Positions 59,687 to 64,000 of a stretch of 64,000 nt of DNA are shown piece by piece. A program made the position numbers and the translations under genes. Source of the DNA: a virus (lineage: Duplodnaviria > Caudoviricetes); the IMG/VR virus record IMGVR_UViG_3300029288_000131, positions 1 through 64,000 of that record; one strand, given 5' to 3'. Position 1 is the stretch's first letter. Each line of letters opens with the position of its first letter. The notes beneath the pieces are model-generated. The model had not been told where the DNA came from. It saw only the letters and a list, made by a program, of their open reading frames with translations, and made no database searches.

Positions 59687-60280
59687 ATGCCTACAGCAGA
59701 AGAAAAAACAAGAGTTGCTTCATTCGGCGTCGAGATCGACACGCCCCGCAACGGGGATGTCGTGTTGAACAGCATTCCTGGATGTCGTTTGCGTGGAGCC
59801 ATTGCGGCGTCGAAGCCGGGCTTCGCAAAACGTGATGGGGATACGCCTACCATCCCTCGGGATCAGGCAACCCATCTTGGAGCACTTCCTCCCATTCCCG
59901 GTATGCAATTGCACGTCAATCCTGCGAAGTGTGCGTACACGATCATCGATCCTCTTTACGAGGACGATGAATTGTGTCGTAGGATTCAATCGGCCATGCG
60001 TGCCAATGAGCGTCCCATCAGTGGAGAGATTCGTGGTGTTCCTCCGCAAAAGGGAGAGCTCGACGTTCACCGGATGAAGACCCTCTGCCGTGAGTTGCAT
60101 CAATTGGTCGAGACCAGCTATGCCAAGGTGGTCAAGGGAGTGCTTCCTTCAATGGAAGAGATTGAGGATCTGCCTGGCAAGTTTTTGTTGAATCCCGGCA
60201 GCGTGATCCCCAATTCGCAGCCGTTGTTCGAAGAGGACATGGAAGCTTGGGTGGCCAATCTTCATAAGGGAGGCGGGTGA
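59687..60280 (+). CDS. hypothetical structural-region protein
   Basis: AAGGA RBS, between capsid and tail genes. Confidence 0.7.
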   Translation: MPTAEEKTRVASFGVEIDTPRNGDVVLNSIPGCRLRGAIAASKPGFAKRDGDTPTIPRDQATHLGALPPIPGMQLHVNPAKCAYTIIDPLYEDDELCRRIQSAMRANERPISGEIRGVPPQKGELDVHRMKTLCRELHQLVETSYAKVVKGVLPSMEEIEDLPGKFLLNPGSVIPNSQPLFEEDMEAWVANLHKGGG

Positions 60281-60281
60281 A

Positions 60282-60740
60282 ATGCCCACGTTCTCCCCGG
60301 CAGTAGAGGCTGCTCGGCAGCGTAGGGTTGGTGCTGCCGAGCAGAGGCTGGTGAGGATTGAGTGGTTCATTGAGAATGTAACCGACAAGGTAAAGTTGTC
60401 CCTGAAGCAACGGGTAAGCCTTGCCACTTCGATGTTGCTGGACAGGATGATCAGGAACGTCAGCGTTCCGGTAACGAAGGTTCCAGGAACAAAGACGGGA
60501 AGGATAATCGTAACAGAGAGAAGTAAGCCTGGAGAGTTTCCCCGTGCAGACACGACCCAGCTCATGAAGACGTTGTTCAAAGAGGTTGTGGTGGATCAAG
60601 ACGGAGCGGCGGGATACGTTGGCACTCCCCTGGATTACGGTTTGTTCTTGGAGATCAAAATGAACCGTAGCTTTATGGTAAGGACGCTGAACGAAGAACG
60701 TGGAATGATTACAAGAATCTTGACGGGACCAATTCGATGA
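60282..60740 (+). CDS. HK97 gp10-like tail completion protein
   Basis: SKPGEFPRADTTQL, VGTPLDYGLFLE, RSFM. Confidence 0.75.
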   Translation: MPTFSPAVEAARQRRVGAAEQRLVRIEWFIENVTDKVKLSLKQRVSLATSMLLDRMIRNVSVPVTKVPGTKTGRIIVTERSKPGEFPRADTTQLMKTLFKEVVVDQDGAAGYVGTPLDYGLFLEIKMNRSFMVRTLNEERGMITRILTGPIR

Positions 60741-61237
60741 GCGTTGCTGGTGCTTCAGTTTCCAAGGCTTTGGTTGCTGCATGGGACGATGCAGGTCTCG
60801 ATGCCAAGTTCAAGGCTTTGTGGGCTGGCGAAGTGTCAGCAGACGAATTCATTGTGCTACACGATCAAGAGGCATCCCCCCAGCAACCGTGGCCCTATTG
60901 CGTGCTGGAGCAGATCAGTGCTTCTACGACCAGTCGTATGTCGGGCGGGGTGAGCCACCTCCGAGAAATACGGGATGTTGACATCCGGTTTCATGTTCAT
61001 GCCAGCGAGGTTTCTGGGGACTCAAGGACTGCCAAGGAAATTGCAGCCTACCTTTGCGAAGAGATCATGAAGGTCTTTGGTGGACACCCGACGGAAGCCC
61101 CGTCAGCGTTGACGTTGGACCACGGCAAGTTCCTGATAGCACAGTACCAGAGTGATTACGGTGTGAGGACTGGCGATGAGACGTATGAGTGGCTGGTCCA
61201 TTACATCTTCCGAATAGACGTTCCCGTAGCCGTGTGA
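60737..61237 (+). CDS. tail terminator (gp17-like)
   Basis: PWPYCV, DVDIRFHV, AKEIA, size and position before tail tube. Confidence 0.65.
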   Translation: MSVAGASVSKALVAAWDDAGLDAKFKALWAGEVSADEFIVLHDQEASPQQPWPYCVLEQISASTTSRMSGGVSHLREIRDVDIRFHVHASEVSGDSRTAKEIAAYLCEEIMKVFGGHPTEAPSALTLDHGKFLIAQYQSDYGVRTGDETYEWLVHYIFRIDVPVAV

Positions 61238-61245
61238 GGTGAGAA

Positions 61246-62385
61246 ATGCCCCGCAGCTTGTCGGCAATCAAACTGAACGTGAAGCTCTCAGCAACGCTCC
61301 GTAATCTGCTTGACGATGCTGTGTATGCTTCTGTCAACCATCCGGGCTTAAACTACAGCCCCACGTTGGACGACGGCATAGGCGACAATCAGGCGAACCG
61401 TAGCTGGCAGTCCTTGAGCCGTGCCCTGAACTGGAATGCTAGTGAGACTTTGGATCTCTACGACTTGGGAGCTGTTGACATCGGTGCCGGTGCTGGTCGG
61501 GACGGGTTGGGACAGCCCATTGCGTTTGAGGATGTGGTAGCCATAGCCATTGTCAATGATAACGCCGTGGATGAGACTGGTCAGTTGGAAATCATACCCG
61601 CCGTTGCCAATGGATGGACCCCCATCGGAGAGCATACGGTAGCAAATGGTGGAGCGCTACGTGGTCAAGGCATTCTGCTCAAGGCTCAAATTGCCGAGGA
61701 TGGATTTGATGTTGAAGACGGGGTTAGTCATCAGATCACGTTGACGGCTCGGGAGGGCAATGTCGAATACAGCATCTACTTGCTGACCAGACATGACGAT
61801 GAGGAATCGACAAGCTCTTCTAGCTGGTCGAGTCACAATTCCAGCAGTTCTTCCAGCATCAGTACGAGTTCGATCTCGACCAGCAGCCCGTCTAGTTCGT
61901 CTTGGTCGAGTCACAGTTCTAGCAGCTTGTCAAGTGTGTCCAGTCCGAGTTCCTCGTCTAGCTCTTCGAGCAGCAGTCCCAGCAGTTCTTCGAGTAGCAG
62001 TTCTTCATCTAGCATCAGCACCAGTTCTTCTAGCCCGAGCAGCATTAGCACGAGTTCGGCTAGTTCTAGTTCATCGAGCATCAGCACAAGCAGCATCAGT
62101 ACGAGTGCCCATGAGAGTTGGTTCATCTGGTGGCACAGCGGGTCTAGCACGTGGATCATCAACCATTCGGTTGGAGAGTTTCTTGAAGGAGGCTGGTCCT
62201 TAAACACTCCAAGCATTGAAGGAATCTATGGCCCAGGCGGTTCTTATAGCGGCTACCCGAAGGTGGATGCAAGTGGCGCTGACTATGAAGTAACGTACGA
62301 TACCGAAGTGCCCGTTCCAGATTGTCGAGGTACTTACGTTCTGGCTGGCACTTACGGTGGAGAGAATTACTACGTGAGGAGCTGA
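61246..62385 (+). CDS. poly-Ser protein 3: N-terminal beta domain, Ser tract, aromatic C-terminal domain
   Basis: HDDEE then ~100 aa Ser tract; C-terminal WFIWW..TWII..GW..EGIY. Confidence 0.75.
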   Translation: MPRSLSAIKLNVKLSATLRNLLDDAVYASVNHPGLNYSPTLDDGIGDNQANRSWQSLSRALNWNASETLDLYDLGAVDIGAGAGRDGLGQPIAFEDVVAIAIVNDNAVDETGQLEIIPAVANGWTPIGEHTVANGGALRGQGILLKAQIAEDGFDVEDGVSHQITLTAREGNVEYSIYLLTRHDDEESTSSSSWSSHNSSSSSSISTSSISTSSPSSSSWSSHSSSSLSSVSSPSSSSSSSSSSPSSSSSSSSSSSISTSSSSPSSISTSSASSSSSSISTSSISTSAHESWFIWWHSGSSTWIINHSVGEFLEGGWSLNTPSIEGIYGPGGSYSGYPKVDASGADYEVTYDTEVPVPDCRGTYVLAGTYGGENYYVRS

Positions 62386-62410
62386 TCCCAACCCTTAGCG
62401 GAGAAAGAAT

Positions 62411-62839
62411 ATGAGCAGCGAAAACACACTTACTGGCAGGAACGGCAAGTTCGTTGTTGCTGCCTCCCTGGTGGCACGAACAACCCAATGGAACGTGTCG
62501 CCGAAGCAAGCGGGTGGAAGCGAGTGGGGAGACAGCGACTCGGCTGGCTACACTAACCGCTCGCCCGGTCGTCGAGATTGCACTTTCACCGCCGAGGGAA
62601 AGTACGATACGACGGACGAAGTGTTCGACTTGTTCCAGCCTACGGACATCGCTACAGCGGTGCTGTGGTTGAACAACGTCTCCCTCTATTGGGACTTCCC
62701 TCGTGCCTTGTGTTCCGACTTCAATCTGGTCGTTAACATCGATACAGAAGAAGTCATCGGTTGGACGAGTAGTTGGGGTGCCGACGGGCACTTCTACTAT
62801 CCTGGAGAAGCGGGAGCAACCGTTCGGGCACTGCCGTGA
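62411..62839 (+). CDS. major tail (tube) protein
   Basis: TGRNGK, QWNV, DSDSAGY, TAEGKYD, TSSWGADG; upstream of chaperone. Confidence 0.75.
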   Translation: MSSENTLTGRNGKFVVAASLVARTTQWNVSPKQAGGSEWGDSDSAGYTNRSPGRRDCTFTAEGKYDTTDEVFDLFQPTDIATAVLWLNNVSLYWDFPRALCSDFNLVVNIDTEEVIGWTSSWGADGHFYYPGEAGATVRALP

Positions 62840-63069
62840 TTCAAGTTCAGAACATCCATCGTGTTGTTCGTGTTGAGGAGCACTGGCTGCCAACATGCCG
62901 GTGTGCTGAGTGCGTAGCTGAAAGAGAACGACGCAAGAGAACTGCAGACACCCCCATCCGACTCATCCCTTTGGCCGCAGCCCGTCTACTCGGGATTATC
63001 AAGCGACCGACCTCGGAAGGTTCTCTTGCACGTAAGATGATGAAGAAGGACAACGTGCGAGTTGGCTAG
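62836..63069 (+). CDS. hypothetical basic protein (GTG start)
   Basis: GTGA overlap; CRCAEC. Confidence 0.35.
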   Translation: MIQVQNIHRVVRVEEHWLPTCRCAECVAERERRKRTADTPIRLIPLAAARLLGIIKRPTSEGSLARKMMKKDNVRVG

Positions 63070-63090
63070 GCTCGGTGGCTTAGCCAGCTC
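63059..63090 (+). other. 14-bp RNA hairpin with three G-U pairs
   Basis: GAGTTGGCTAGGCT-CGGT-GGCTTAGCCAGCTC upstream of chaperone RBS. Confidence 0.6.
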
Positions 63091-63122
63091 GCACTTCAAT
63101 TTCTTTCGAGGAGGACATTCCC

Positions 63123-63746
63123 ATGTCTGAGCGGGAAGCCAGAGCCGTGGCTGCTGGTGAATCTATTGAGGTCAATGGCACGACCTATCGTTTGCGTCCC
63201 ATCTCGTTCCAGCACCTTTGCGATTTGGAACGGGATGCTCTTCGGTACTACAAGCGGCAGTACCTTGAGACGTTCAGGGACAACGCTGATCTCTTGGGCG
63301 ATGATGCACATACCGTGCTCACTCAGGAGATGGCAAAGGCGGCGAAGTGGGACCTGGAAGATTTGCCCCAGCGTGCCGTGCACGATGTGCGGGGCATGAA
63401 AGTCACGGAGAAGCTGAAGAAGTGGATAGAAGACAAGTACGGAGAGGTCCCCAAAGAGGAGCAGGCCATCAAAGCACTCGTTTCGATGGCCCTCGATTCA
63501 GAGGCTTTGAAGGTCCAAGACGTAAAGGAGATGACGGGAGTCACTCCGACAAAGGGCATGGTTCGTTATGACAACTGGTGGGTGACGGGATCGATGGACG
63601 GCATGCTGTCGTTCATTCTGACGTCGTTGAGGGAAGATCATCCACAAATGACCCGTGCAGATGTCGTGAAGTGGCCTTTGTCAGCAATTGCAGAAGCAGT
63701 GAAGATCGTCGGTGACATTACGACGGTTTCACTGGGAAATGGATAG
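63123..63746 (+). CDS. tail assembly chaperone (gpG-like)
   Basis: GGAGGA RBS; NGTTYRLRP; follows tail tube; slippery site at 3' end. Confidence 0.8.
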   Translation: MSEREARAVAAGESIEVNGTTYRLRPISFQHLCDLERDALRYYKRQYLETFRDNADLLGDDAHTVLTQEMAKAAKWDLEDLPQRAVHDVRGMKVTEKLKKWIEDKYGEVPKEEQAIKALVSMALDSEALKVQDVKEMTGVTPTKGMVRYDNWWVTGSMDGMLSFILTSLREDHPQMTRADVVKWPLSAIAEAVKIVGDITTVSLGNG

Positions 63747-64000
63747 AGCCCGCTGCTTCGGATGAGCCTTCCCCAGAAGGGGAGGTGATTGAGAGCAGCG
63801 GGTTGACATGCGGGATTACAGCATACCATTTGAGATTGCTGTGTGAGAATCCTTGGGAGGGAGGAGCTGGCTATGCTCCCTCCCAAGTCCAATGCTTGAC
63901 GTTGGACCAGATCATGTTTCGACTTTGTGATCGCAAGTTACTGAAGGACCCGATAAAGAAGAGGAAGCAAAGCATGGAACCTCTACGGCTGACAGAGCGG
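63734..64000 (+). other. programmed -1 frameshift site and gpGT-like extension (runs off window)
   Basis: G GGA AAT heptamer at 63734-63740, two codons before TAG; -1 frame open to 64000 (WIEPAA...GYAPSQVQCLTLDQI...). Confidence 0.85.

Noticed and set aside
1-64000. tRNA, rRNA, integrase/att site, queC, and GATC avoidance
   Set aside because: None recognised by eye and GATC sites are plentiful; tRNAscan-SE and k-mer statistics would be needed to exclude them formally, and the genome extends beyond the window.

Overview
The whole window reads as a 64-kb segment of one tailed dsDNA phage genome. Credible genes lie only on the + strand, and the genome continues past both edges. The host is probably a Planctomycete, inferred from a Planctomycete-style CsrA and a secreted SHD1-domain protein. 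Order: (1) replication: primase, two HTH initiator-like genes, an iteron origin inside the second, DnaB-like helicase; (2) a 7-deazaguanine DNA-modification operon (queD, queE, PRTase-folE fusion, DpdL-like T-fold fusion, GT-B glycosyltransferase, dpdA; no queC in the window); (3) frameshifted csrA; (4) clamp, a DNA polymerase split into UDG+exonuclease and PolA genes, clamp loader, UvsY-like, SSB, RecA-like, 5'-3' nuclease, resolvase, split SbcC/SbcD, ThyX; (5) terS-like gene, a 3.7-kb mosaic of cassette-like ORFs, terL; (6) candidate lysis module with a papain-like peptidase; (7) beta-helix tailspikes, adaptors, portal, a MuF-like gene split by a topoisomerase IB domain, protease, HK97-fold capsid, tail genes and a -1 frameshifted tail chaperone. 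Strongest novelty candidates: three poly-Ser (mucin-like) virion proteins with modifying enzymes embedded among structural genes; the MuF-TopIB fusion with its acidic partner; and the deazaguanine operon carrying a glycosyltransferase and a PRTase. All calls come from motif reading, with no database searches. No tRNA, rRNA, CRISPR array, integrase or reverse transcriptase was seen.
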